From positions 58,645-122,644 of the forward strand of contig NIVC01002591.1 of the NCBI GenBank assembly GCA_002269645.1: DNA of 64,000 nucleotides. Reading direction: 5' to 3'. Below, piece by piece: positions 46,001 through 58,295 of the stretch. Each line of letters opens with the position of its first letter. Within the stretch, counting starts at the first letter, position 1. The stretch comes from Macrostomum lignano. Its lineage: Eukaryota. The notes below the pieces were generated by a model that was not told the DNA's origin, searched no databases, and worked only from the letters and a program-made list of their open reading frames with translations. The position numbers and the translations under genes were made by a program.

Positions 46001-49000
46001 AAATAAACGATTATCCATACAGTTTGGTCGGGTTTATGGCAGCAAATCAGTTCATAATTGGATATTAGTTTGTGTAACGCCAGATCAGTGCTACACTATC
46101 GTAGCTGCTGTCTCAGTAAGTAACTGGGCCAGCCTCCCTGATCCCCAGTTGCTGGGCCAGCCTCCCAGATCCTCAGTTGCTGGACCAGCCTCCCAGATCC
46201 TCAGTTGCTGGGCCAGCCTCCCAGAGTGTCAGTTTCTTGGCCAGCCTCCCAGATCCTCAGTTGCTGGGCCAGCCTCCCAGACCCTCAGTTGCTGGGCCAA
46301 CCTCCCAGACCCTCAGTTGCTGGGCCAGCCTCCAAGATCCTCAGTTGCTGGACCAGCCTCCTAGATCCTCAGTTGCTGGGCCAGCCTCCCAGAGTGTCAG
46401 TTGCTGGGCCAGCCTCCCAGAGTGTCAGTTTCTGGGCGAACCTCCCAGACCCTCAGTTGCTCTACCAGACTCACCAGACCTTCAGACCTCCCAGACCGCC
46501 CAGCTCACCTGAAAGTACAGCCCGGCAAAGGTCTCCCGGCACCGGGAGCACTCGCTGCCCTCCTCAAAGGTGACCCGTCGAAACCGGTGCCCGCCGCTGT
46601 TCCAGCCGTCTGGCAGGTTGGCCGCGCGCACCTCCAGCAGCTGAGTCCACAGGCTGGCGCCGACACCAGCCGACAGCTTCTTGGCTCCCGGACGGCTAAA
46701 CTGCACCAGCCCCTTGCCTGACTGCTTCAGCTGGAGGCCGCCCGGCTCACCGGCTCTGCACTCCAGTTGAAGATCGTTTTCGTACAGCGAAACGTCGAAT
46801 AGAAATGCCCAGGGCTGCTGGGACGAACCGTTCGAGGATGCCGCAGGCGTGGCCACAATGAGCTGCCGGTCGGTCAGCAGGCAGAAGCACTCTTTCTGCA
46901 CCAACGCTCGCTGCTCCTTGCCCAGTGTAGCTCGGAACTGACCATCGCCTCTGTGCAGGCCGACATTCTCCAGCTTAGTAAGATGCTCTGGTAGGCCTTC
47001 GATTGACTGCAGAATCTGCCTAGTAGCCGCTTCCTGCTCCGAGTAGCGCTTGCGCTCGTTCAGGTGGCTGAGCAGGCGGCGGCACTCCACCACAGCAAGT
47101 TCCACCTGCGGTTGAAGGAGAGGGCGGGTCCGAGATGATTCTATGGTTTGAGAAGATTTCCGAGATGATTCTATGGTTTGAGAAGATTTCCGAGATGATT
47201 CTATAGTTCTAGAAGATCCCAGAGATGATTCTCTGGTTTTGGAAGATTCCCGAGATAATTCTCCTGGTTTTAGAAGATTCCCGAGATAATTCTCCTGGTT
47301 TTAGAAGATTCCCGAGATAATTCTCCTGGTTTTAGAAGATTCCCGAGATAATTCTCCTGGTTTTAGAAGATTCCCGAGATAATTCTCCTGGTTTTAGAAG
47401 ATTCCAGAGATGATTCTATGTTTCTAGGAGATTCCCAAGGTGATTGATTCTATGGGTCTAGGAGATACCCGAGAAGATTCTATAGTTCTAGAAGATTCCA
47501 GAGATGATTCTCTGGTTTTGGAAGATTCCCGAGATAATTCTCCTGGTTTTAGAAGATTCCAGAGACGATTCTATGGGTCTAAAAAATTCCCGAGATAATT
47601 CTCTAGTTTTTGGGGATTCCGGAGATGATTCAATGGTTTTAAGGGGGAGATTCCGGTAAAGACTTTGCAAGGGATTCCCAACGGACCCACTATCACAGGA
47701 TGTTCAGCGGCACTGCTACTCTGATTCGGACGGGTTAAGCTACGACAGCAACCGTACTGTATCCTCACCGAATTAGCCGCTTGTTCAGAGATCGTCGCCA
47801 ACTCTTTTTCAGCCGTTCTGTGCAGCCTCTCGAACAGTATCTGATAGTTGAACATCTGCTTGGACGGAGAGTCGTACAAGATGCTAAAGGACTCCGCGTT
47901 GAAGTGCCGCTCCAGCAGTTCCAGTTGGCGTCGCAACTGCGGCTGCTGCTGGAAGGCCTCCTCCATCTTGGCCTTGGCCAGAGGGTAGTCCGGGTAGTAC
48001 TTGGAGTAGACTGCCGACAGTCTGGGCTTCACTTGGAGAAACATCGAGCCAAGATTTGTGCAGAAATTGGCAGCGGATTTCGACTCGGCGAGGCTGTCTA
48101 GTTGCTGCTTGAAATACTCGTGCACCTGAAGCAGATGCTCCGTGTGCTTGAACGTCGAGTCCAGTAGGTCGGAGCTCCACTCTGACAGGGGACCGCGAAG
48201 TTCCCCGTGGAATTTCAATAGTAGCGACAGGCGATCAACCAGCTGAGCTTGAAGATGACAGATCTCCGAGACGATGTTCTCCAGTTGGGCGGCAGGAGTT
48301 GAGGCGGCGGCTGCTGGAGTCTCCGGCTCCGAGTAGATGAAATCCGATTGCCTGCGAGAGGCGCAGCTCAACGGCTGGTAGTCTAAAGATGCCACTGATG
48401 GCATCCGCTCGTTGGCCGGATTTGGCTGTTTTAATTAGTAAATGATAAATGTTGTTATGTAGAAGGTAAGATAACATGACATTCGCTGGCAATCAAGGCG
48501 CAACGCCTTCGGCGAGGAAGAAGATGCGAAATAGACACAGGGGTAGATGGGGAATAGACACTGGGTAGATGGGGAATAGACTTAGGTTAGATGGGGAATA
48601 GACACTGGGTAGATGGGGAATAGACTTAGGTTAGATGGGGAATAGACTTAGGTTAGATGGGGAATAGACACTGGGTAGATAAGGAATATACACTGGGTAG
48701 ATGGGGAGTAGACACAGGGTAGATGGAGAATAGATACAGGGTAGATGGGGAATAGACACAGGGGTATATGAGGAATAGACACAGAGTAGATGGGGAATAG
48801 ACACAGAGTAGATGGGGAATAGACACAGGGGTAGATGTGGAATAGACACAGGGGTATATGGGGAATAGACACAGGGGTATATGGGGAATAGACACAGAGT
48901 AGATGGGGAATAGACACAGGGGTAGGCAGGGAATAGACGCAGGGTAGGCAGGGAATAGACGCAGGGTAGAAGGGGAGTAGACAGGGTAGATGAGAGTCCC

Positions 49001-49380
49001 CGCCGCCTCACCAGTCCCTGCAGCGACAGCAGCCTCCGCAGGCCAGTGAGCACCCTGTCGGGCCTCCGCAGCAGCAGCAGGTCCTCCGCCTCAAACAGGT
49101 CCTCCCGCTTCATCTGGAACTCATGGACGCATTTGGACAGAAAAAATTTCACATTCCTCCTACCAAACATCTCGGAATTCATCGAATAGAACGACACGGT
49201 TCCGTCTCCTTCCGGCGATATCCGGCCGTTGCTAAGGACGCTAAGAAGACAGCAGAGATCCTCGCCGTCAGCCAGCAGCCGACAAAGATCCTCGGACGTG
49301 CTGCATTGCTGCCCGAAATCGGCGTCTTTGTTCAACAACTGTCGAATTTGTTGCAGAAACTCTCCCACTGAAGCAGACAT
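43022..49380 (-). CDS. vav: Vav-like Rho/Rac GEF (~692 aa; CH-acidic-DH-PH-C1-SH2, no SH3). Exons 49380-49012, 48425-47769, 47105-46509, 43477-43022
   Basis: Exon 1 has a Vav-type CH domain (LADGEDLCCLL...RNVKFFLSKC...F.MKREDLFEAEDL). Exon 2 has acidic Tyr motifs (LDYQ, DFIYSEPE) and a DH-like region. Exon 3 has the PH region and the first half of C1 (HRF...CSRC...GLYFQ), which splices in phase 0 to GYHCDHCNQQLDRTC in exon 4. SH2 with GAFLIRQS; stop at 43022-43024. Confidence 0.82.
43605..44325. repeat. 28-bp minisatellite, locus 2 (Vav intron 3)
   Basis: Same unit and orientation as 34780-35525. Confidence 0.92.
44913..45816 (+). CDS. Putative neuropeptide precursor (85 aa) nested antisense in Vav intron 3. 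Exons 44913-45017 and 45664-45816; predicted mature cyclic peptide CTSVFHPMACFGIWQL
   Basis: Signal-peptide-like MNFRKLQAAMLLVCLTAAAQQRAAA-LP. Donor CCG|gtaagc at 45017/45018 and acceptor catttcag|CAG at 45663/45664 (phase 0). Dibasic KR at 45760-45765 immediately precedes a C-x8-C peptide and TGA 45814-45816; AATAAA at 46002-46007. Confidence 0.75.
45100..45620. repeat. Compound 16/15-bp minisatellite (GCTGGCGCCCCCTGGT block then GCTAAAACCCCTGGT block) in the neuropeptide intron
   Basis: Direct inspection; same architecture as 62440-63060. Confidence 0.92.
46125..46460. repeat. 28-bp minisatellite, locus 3 (Vav intron 3)
   Basis: Same unit and orientation as loci 1 and 2. Confidence 0.9.
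47130..47640. repeat. 31-bp minisatellite (TTCTCCTGGTTTTAGAAGATTCCCGAGATAA); Vav intron 2
   Basis: Period of 31. Confidence 0.9.
48520..48990. repeat. 22-bp minisatellite (GGGTAGATGGGGAATAGACACT); Vav intron 1
   Basis: Tandem repetition. Confidence 0.92.
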
Positions 49381-50047
49381 GTTTTCAGCGAAAGAAAGTT
49401 GCGCGGTGAGTCAGTGCCAGGTTAGAAGCTCAGACTGACTTATATGGTCCTTATCAGCCGGTGGGTCTTGTTGGGCTCCGGCTCTTCTAGAAAAAGATTA
49501 ACCACTGGAAAGGGGCCGCAGTCCGAGCTTCTTGTAAACTATGCGTGTCAGAAATATCCGGGGTTAACTTTAGCCATTTCGTCAATTAGCAAATCCATCG
49601 AACGAATTTTTATTTTATTTTAACTCGAATAAAAAACTGTTTGATTTATTTTCCTAGTTGAACTCTACTAATAGTAGAGTAATTTGATTCACTAACTCTA
49701 GTAAGTACAATGTTAAAACTGAAATATACTTTTTAGAATAATTTGAATTGCAAATCTGAAATCGATTTAGTAATTATTATTTGGTTCTGTGTTTACGAAC
49801 GGATTGCCTTCTTCTAGGAGAAGCAGATTTTTCGACGATATTTGGAAAAAAATCTCTTTGCATTTTTCTGTGCCTTCTTATCTCTGAGTCAGGCAAGCCG
49901 TGCGCTTCTGCAGTTGTTTGTGCTGTTTTGTAGAAATTCCGAGTCCACAATCTCAGCTGGTTTGGCTACCTGTCCGTGGCGCTCAAATAATTGACTGATA
50001 GTTTGTGTCTGCTCAGTTTTGCTTGAGTTGCTTATAATATTACATTG

Positions 50048-53000
50048 AGATTTGGCGCTCACTGACTCAGATTTGGCGCTCCCAGTCTCAGATTTGGCGC
50101 TTCTCTGACTCAGATTTGGTACCCCTCTGTCTCAGATTTGGTACCCCTCTGACTCAGATTTGGCGCTCCTCTGTCTCAGATTTGGCGCCCCTCTGACTCA
50201 GATTTGGCGCCCCTCTGTCTCAGATTTGGCGCTCCTCTATCTCAGATTTGGCGCTCCTCTGACTCAGATTTGGCGCTCCTCTGACTCAGATTTGGCGCTC
50301 CTCTATCTCAGATTTGGCGCCCCTCTGACTCAGATTTGGCGCTCCTCTGACTCAGATTTGGTACCCCTCTGTCTAAGATTTGGCGCCCCTCTGTCTCAGA
50401 TTTGGTACCCTCTGTCTCAGATTTGGCGCCCCTCTGTCTCAGATTTGGTACCCCTCTGTCTCAGATTTGGCGCCCCTCTGTCTCAGATTTGGCGCCCCTC
50501 TGACTCAGATTTGGCGCCCCTCTGACTCAGATTTGGTACCCCTCTGTCTCAGATTTGGCGCCCCTCTGTCTCAGATTTGGCGCCCCTCTGACTCAGATTT
50601 GGCGCCCCTCTGACTCAGATTTGGCGCCCCTCTGTCTCAGATTTGGCGCTCCTCTATCTCAGATTTGGCGCCCCTCTGACTCAGATTTGGCGCTCCTCTG
50701 ACTCAGATTTGGCGCTCCTCTGACTCAGATTTGGCGCTCCTCTGACTCAGATTTGGCGCCCCTCTGTCTCAGATTTGGCGCTCCTCTGACTCAGATTTGG
50801 CGCTCCTCTGACTCAGATTTGGCGCTCCTCTATCTCAGATTTGGCGCCCCTCTGACTCAGATTTGGCGCTTCTCTGACTCAGATTTGGCGCTCCTCTGAC
50901 TCAGATTTGGCGCTCCTCTATCTCAGATTTGGCGCCCCTCTGACTCAGATTTGGCGCTCCTCTGACTCAGATTTGGCGCTTCTCTGACTCAGATTTGGTA
51001 CCCCTCTGTCTCAGATTTGGTACCCCTCTGACTCAGATTTGGCGCTCCTCTGTCTCAGATTTGGCGCCCTCTGACTCAGATTTGGCGCCCCTCTGTCTCA
51101 GATTTGGCGCTCCTCTATCTCAGATTTGGCGCTCCTCTGACTCAGATTTGGCGCTCCTCTGACTCAGATTTGGCGCTCCTCTATCTCAGATTTGGCGCCC
51201 CTCTGACTCAGATTTGGCGCTCCTCTGACTCAGATTTGGTACCCCTCTGTCTCAGATTTGGCGCCCCTCTGTCTCAGATTTGGTACCCCTCTGTCTCAGA
51301 TTTGGCGCCCCTCTGTCTCAGATTTGGTACCCCTCTGTCTCAGATTTGGCGCCCCTCTGTCTCAGATTTGGCGCCCCTCTGACTCAGATTTGGCGCCCCT
51401 CTGACTCAGATTTGGTACCCCTCTGTCTCAGATTTGGCGCCCCTCTGTCTCAGATTTGGCGCCCCTCTGACTCAGATTTGGCGCCCCTCTGACTCAGATT
51501 TGGCGCCCCTCTGTCTCAGATTTGGCGCTCCTCTATCTCAGATTTGGCGCCCCTCTGACTCAGATTTGGCGCTCCTCTGACTCAGATTTGGCGCTCCTCT
51601 ATCTCAGATTTGGCGCTCCTCTGACTCAGATTTATCGCCCCTCTGTCTCAGATTTGGCGCTCCTCTGACTCAGATTTGGCGCTCCTCTGACTCAGATTTG
51701 GCGCTCCTCTATCTCAGATTTGGCGCCCCTCTGACTCAGATTTGGCGCTTCTCTGACTCAGATTTGGCGCTCCTCTATCTCAGATTTGGCGCCCCTCTGA
51801 CTCAGATTTGGCGCTCCTCTGACTCAGATTTGGCGCCCCTCTGACTCAGATTTGGCGCTCCTCTGACTCAGATTTGGCGCTCCTCTGACTCAGATTTGGC
51901 GCCCCTCTGTCTCAGATTTGGCGCCCCTCTGTCTCAGATTTGGCGCCCCTCTGACTCAGATTTGGCGCCCCTCTGACTCAGATTTGGCGCTCCTCTATCT
52001 CAGATTTGGCGCCCCTCTGACTCAGATTTGGCGCTCCTCTGACTCAGATTTGGTACCCCTCTGTCTCAGATTTGGCGCCCCTCTGTCTCAGATTTGGTAC
52101 CCCTCTGTCTCAGATTTGGCGCCCCTCTGTCTCAGATTTGGTACCCCTCTGTCTCAGATTTGGCGCCCCTCTGTCTCAGATTTGGCGCCCCTCTGACTCA
52201 GATTTGGCGCCCCTCTGACTTAGATTTCGTACCCCTCTGTCTCAGATTTGGCGCCCCTCTGACTCAGATTTGGCGCCCCTCTGACTCAGATTTGGCGCCC
52301 CTCTGACTTAGATTTCGTACCCCTCTGTCTCAGATTTGGCGCCCCTCTGTCTCAGATTTGGCGCCCCTCTGACTCAGATTTGGCGCCCCTCTGACTCAGA
52401 TTTGGTACCCCTCTGTCTCAGATTTGGCGCCCCTCTGTCTCAGATTTGGCGCCCCTCTGACTCAGATTTGGCGCCCCTCTGACTCAGATTTGGCGCCCCT
52501 CTGTCTCAGATTTGGCGCTCCTCTATCTCAGATTTGGCGCCCCTCTGTCTCAGATTTGGCGCCCCTCTGTCTCAGATTTGGTACCCCTCTGTCTCAGATT
52601 TGGCGCCCCTCTGTCTCAGATTTGGCGCCCCTCTGACTCAGATTTGGCGCCCCTCTGACTTAGATTTCGTACCCCTCTGTCTCAGATTTGGCGCCCCTCT
52701 GACTCAGATTTGGCGCCCCTCTGACTCAGATTTGGTACCCCTCTGTCTCAGATTTGGCGCTCCTCTGACTCAGATTTGGTACCCCTCTGTCTCAGATTTG
52801 GCGCCCCTCTGTCTCAGATTTGGTACCCCTCTGTCTCAGATTTGGCGCCCCTCTGACTCAGATTTGGCGCTCCTCTATCTCAGATTTGGCGCTCCTCTGA
52901 CTCAGATTTGGCGCCCCTCTGTCTCAGATTTGGCGCTCCTCTGACTCAGATTTGGCGCTCCTCTGACTCAGATTTGGCGCTCCTCTGACTCAGATTTGGC

Positions 53001-56000
53001 GCCCCTCTGACTCAGATTTGGCGCTCCTCTGACTCAGATTTGGCGCTCCTCTGACTCAGATTTGGCGCCCCTCTGTCTCAGATTTGGCGCCCCTCTGTCT
53101 CAGATTTGGCGCCCCTCTGACTCAGATTTGGCGCCCCTCTGACTCAGATTTGGCGCTCCTCTATCTCAGATTTGGCGCCCCTCTGACTCAGATTTGGCGC
53201 TCCTCTGACTCAGATTTGGTACCCCTCTGTCTCAGATTTGGCGCCCCTCTGTCTCAGATTTGGTACCCCTCTGTCTCAGATTTGGCGCCCTCTGTCTCAG
53301 ATTTGGTACCCCTCTGTCTCAGATTTGGCGCCCCTCTGTCTCAGATTTGGCGCCCCTCTGACTCAGATTTGGCGCCCCTCTGTCTCAGATTTGGTACCCC
53401 TCTGTCTCAGATTTGGCGCCCCTCTGTCTCAGATTTGGCGCCCCTCTGACTCAGATTTGGCGCCCCTCTGACTTAGATTTCGTACCCCTCTGTCTCAGAT
53501 TTGGCGCTCCTCTATCTCAGATTTGGCGCTCCTCTGACTCAGATTTGGCGCTCCTCTATCTCAGATTTGGCGCCCCTCTGACTCAGATTTGGCGCTCCTC
53601 TGACTCAGATTTGGCGCTTCTCTGACTCAGATTTGGTACCCCTCTGTCTCAGATTTGGTACCCCTCTGACTCAGATTTGGCGCTCCTCTGTCTCAGATTT
53701 GGCGCCCTCTGACTCAGATTTGGCGCCCTCTGTCTCAGATTTGGCGCTCCTCTATCTCAGATTTGGCGCTCCTCTGACTCAGATTTGGCGCTCCTCTGAC
53801 TCAGATTTGGCGCTCCTCTATCTCAGATTTGGCGCCCTCTGACTCAGATTTGGCGCTCCTCTGACTCAGATTTGGTACCCCTCTGTCTCAGATTTGGCGC
53901 CCTCTGTCTCAGATTTGGTACCCCTCTGTCTCAGATTTGGCGCCCCTCTGTCTCAGATTTGGTACCCCTCTGTCTCAGATTTGGCGCCCTCTGTCTCAGA
54001 TTTGGCGCCCCTCTGACTCAGATTTGGCGCCCCTCTGACTCAGATTTGGTACCCCTCTGTCTCAGATTTGGCGCCCCTCTGTCTCAGATTTGGCGCCCCT
54101 CTGACTCAGATTTGGCGCCCCTCTGACTCAGATTTGGCGCCCCTCTGTCTCAGATTTGGCGCTTCTCTGACTCAGATTTGGTACCCCTCTGTCTCAGATT
54201 TGGTACCCCTCTGACTCAGATTTGGCGCTCCTCTGTCTCAGATTTGGCGCCCCTCTGACTCAGATTTGGCGCCCCTCTGTCTCAGATTTGGCGCTCCTCT
54301 ATCTCAGATTTTGCGCTCCTCTGACTCAGATTTGGCGCTCCTCTGACTCAGATTTGGCGCTCCTCTATCTCAGATTTGGCGCCCCTCTGACTCAGATTTG
54401 GCGCTCCTCTGACTCAGATTTGGTACCCCTCTGTCTAAGATTTGGCGCCCCTCTGTCTCAGATTTGGTACCCCTCTGTCTCAGATTTGGCGCCCCTCTGT
54501 CTCAGATTTGGTACCCCTCTGTCTCAGATTTGGCGCCCCTCTGTCTCAGATTTGGCGCCCTCTGACTCAGATTTGGCGCCCCTCTGACTCAGATTTGGTA
54601 CCCCTCTGTCTCAGATTTGGCGCCCCTCTGTCTCAGATTTGGCGCCCCTCTGACTCAGATTTGGCGCCCCTCTGACTCAGATTTGGCGCCCCTCTGTCTC
54701 AGATTTGGCGCTCCTCTATCTCAGATTTGGCGCCCCTCTGACTCAGATTTGGCGCTCCTCTGACTCAGATTTGGCGCTCCTCTGACTCAGATTTGGCGCT
54801 CCTCTGACTCAGATTTGGCGCCCCTCTGTCTCAGATTTGGCGCTCCTCTGACTCAGATTTGGCGCTCCTCTGACTCAGATTTGGCGCTCCTCTATCTCAG
54901 ATTTGGCGCCCCTCTGACTCAGATTTGGCGCTTCTCTGACTCAGATTTGGCGCTCCTCTGACTCAGATTTGGCGCTCCTCTATCTCAGATTTGGCGCCCC
55001 TCTGACTCAGATTTGGCGCTCCTCTGACTCAGATTTGGCGCTTCTCTGACTCAGATTTGGTACCCTCTGTCTCAGATTTGGTACCCCTCTGACTCAGATT
55101 TGGCGCTCCTCTGTCTCAGATTTGGCGCCCCTCTGACTCAGATTTGGCGCCCCTCTGTCTCAGATTTGGCGCTCCTCTATCTCAGATTTGGCGCTCCTCT
55201 GACTCAGATTTGGCGCTCCTCTGACTCAGATTTGGCGCTCCTCTGACTCAGATTTGGCGCTCCTCTATCTCAGATTTGGCGCTCCTCTGACTCAGATTTG
55301 GCGCCCCTCTGTCTCAGATTTGGCGCTCCTCTGACTCAGATTTGGCGCTCCTCTGACTCAGATTTGGCGCTCCTCTATCTCAGATTTGGCGCCCCTCTGA
55401 CTCAGATTTGGCGCTTCTCTGACTCAGATTTGGCGCTCCTTTGACTCAGATTTGGCGCTCCTCTATCTCAGATTTGGCGCCCCTCTATCTCAGATTTGGC
55501 GCCCCTCTGACTCAGATTTGGCGCTCCTCTGACTCAGATTTGGCGCCCCTCTGACTCAGATTTGGCGCTCCTCTGACTCAGATTTGGCGCTCCTCTGACT
55601 CAGATTTGGCGCCCCTCTGTCTCAGATTTGGCGCTCCTCTGACTCAGATTTGGCGCTCCTCTATCTCAGATTTGGCGCTCCTCTATCTCAGATTTGGCGC
55701 CCCTCTGACTCAGATTTGGCGCTTCTCCGACTCAGATTTGGCGCTCCTCTGACTCAGATTTGGCGCTCCTCTATCTCAGATTTGGCGCCCCTCTGACTCA
55801 GATTTGGCGCTCCTCTGACTCAGATTTGGCGCTTCTCTGACTCAGATTTGGTACCCCTCTGTCTCAGATTTGGTACCCCTCTGACTCAGATTTGGCGCTC
55901 CTCTGTCTCAGATTTGGCGCCCCTCTGACTCAGATTTGGCGCCCCTCTGTCTCAGATTTGGCGCTCCTCTATCTCAGATTTGGCGCTCCTCTGACTCAGA

Positions 56001-56582
56001 TTTGGCGCTCCTCTGACTCAGATTTGGCGCTCCTCTGACTCAGATTTGGCGCCCCTCTGACTCAGATTTGGCGCTCCTCTGACTCAGATTTGGTACCCCT
56101 CTGTCTCAGATTTGGCGCCCCTCTGTCTCAGATTTGGTACCCCTCTGTCTCAGATTTGGCGCCCCTCTGTCTCAGATTTGGTACCCCTCTGTCTCAGATT
56201 TGGCGCCCCTCTGTCTCAGATTTGGCGCCCCTCTGACTCAGATTTGGCGCCCCTCTGACTCAGATTTGGTACCCCTCTGTCTCAGATTTGGCGCCCCTCT
56301 GTCTCAGATTTGGCGCCCCTCTGACTCAGATTTGGCGCCCCTCTGACTCAGATTTGGCGCCCCTCTGTCTCAGATTTGGCGCTCCTCTATCTCAGATTTG
56401 GCGCCCCTCTGACTCAGATTTGGCGCTCCTCTGACTCAGATTTGGCGCTCCTCTATCTCAGATTTGGCGCTCCTCTGACTCAGATTTGGCGCCCCTCTGT
56501 CTCAGATTTGGCGCCCCTCTGTCTCAGATTTGGCGCCCCTCTGACTCAGATTTGGCGCCCCTCTGACTCAGATTTGGCGCCC
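50048..56582. repeat. 22-bp satellite (TCAGATTTGGCGCCCCTCTGTC and variants), ~6.5 kb, roughly 300 units
   Basis: Period of 22; a few variable positions; large internal block duplications. Confidence 0.97.
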
Positions 56583-57129
56583 CCATTAGCTAAACGCGGT
56601 ACAAAAAAACAGATTTCTCGATTTTCTCTCGATTTTCTCTGCTTTTAAAGCATGGCTACTAATAGCTTGAGCATAGTCGAGCACAGAGAGCGCTCAGCTG
56701 CGTGATGCCGACTTGGCTAGAGAGAAGGACAGCGAGGGAAAAGCAGAGGAACACAGGCAGCTGAGAGAGAGAGGGAGAGAGAGAGAGAGTGAGTGAATTT
56801 GTGGCGGTCCCGCGCGGCCCATTTCGTGCGACGGGGCCCGAGCGCATTTAAATTATTAATTCCCTTTTTTTCTCTGTCCCGCCGTGTCGCCGACTAAATA
56901 GAGAAGCCCCTAGAAAGCTTTCGTAGAAATTACCGAAAATACTCCTGTGCCGCAGTCCCTGCTCTATCCTTTCCTCTGTCGCTGTCTGCAGGCTTTATCC
57001 ATTTTCCCGCTTTTATGTCTTCGTCCGAATCTCTGGGATAAAAATTGTTCATTACAAAATTACCGAATCGCAGAAGGCGCTGTTTTTCTGTTTTTTTTGT
57101 CTGAAGGCGTCATTTTTGGATGTTAGTCG

Positions 57130-57430
57130 GTGTCATTTATGGGTGTCAGGAGTGCCATTTGTGGGTGTCAGGAGTGCCATTTGTGGGTGTCAGGGTGAAT
57201 CATTTATGGGTGTCAGGAGTGCCATTTATGGGTGTCAGGGGGAATCATTTATGGGTGTCAGGAGTGCCATTTATGGGTGTCAGGGTGAATCATTTATGGG
57301 TGTCAGGGGGAATCATTTATGAGTGTCAGGGGGAATCATTTATGGGTGTCAGGGGGAATCATTTATGGGTGTCAGGGGGAATCATTTATGGATGTCAGGG
57401 GGAATCATTTATGGGTGTCAGGGGTGAATT
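57130..57430. repeat. 23-bp minisatellite (CATTTATGGGTGTCAGGGGGAAT)
   Basis: Tandem repetition. Confidence 0.9.
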
Positions 57431-57902
57431 TAAATGTGTGTCAGGAACGCTAAAAGTTAAACATTGATGGCAAGTAGCAATATAGTCTGAGTCAACTCCA
57501 CACTCAGAACTGTGCTGACCCACTCGTCCACAATGTGCCAGCGGGTGACAGGCATTTAGCGTGAGCAGAATTTGCACATAATTCTAGAATCCCATACTGA
57601 ATTTTGCTACTACAACAAGCCAAACACTTCCGGCAATTTCAATGCCAGCAATTGCTAAAAGCAATTCTTCATTTCCTGGAAATTTTTACATAGCAAATTT
57701 GAGTCAGTCTAGTTTAGCTGCAGTTTAATTGTGCATAGGGAGAGGGTCCGTCTCTCTTCTCTTCCTCAGCATCATCACTTGAGCTGTCACTCTCTCCTCC
57801 ATGAAACCAAGGTTGACTTAAGTAGTATGAGAACGTGACGTTTCGATTCTCAGAAAAAATTGATTTTGAAGGCTGGCTAAGAACTTCTAAACTTTGTTCA
57901 AC

Positions 57903-58295
<393 letters not shown>

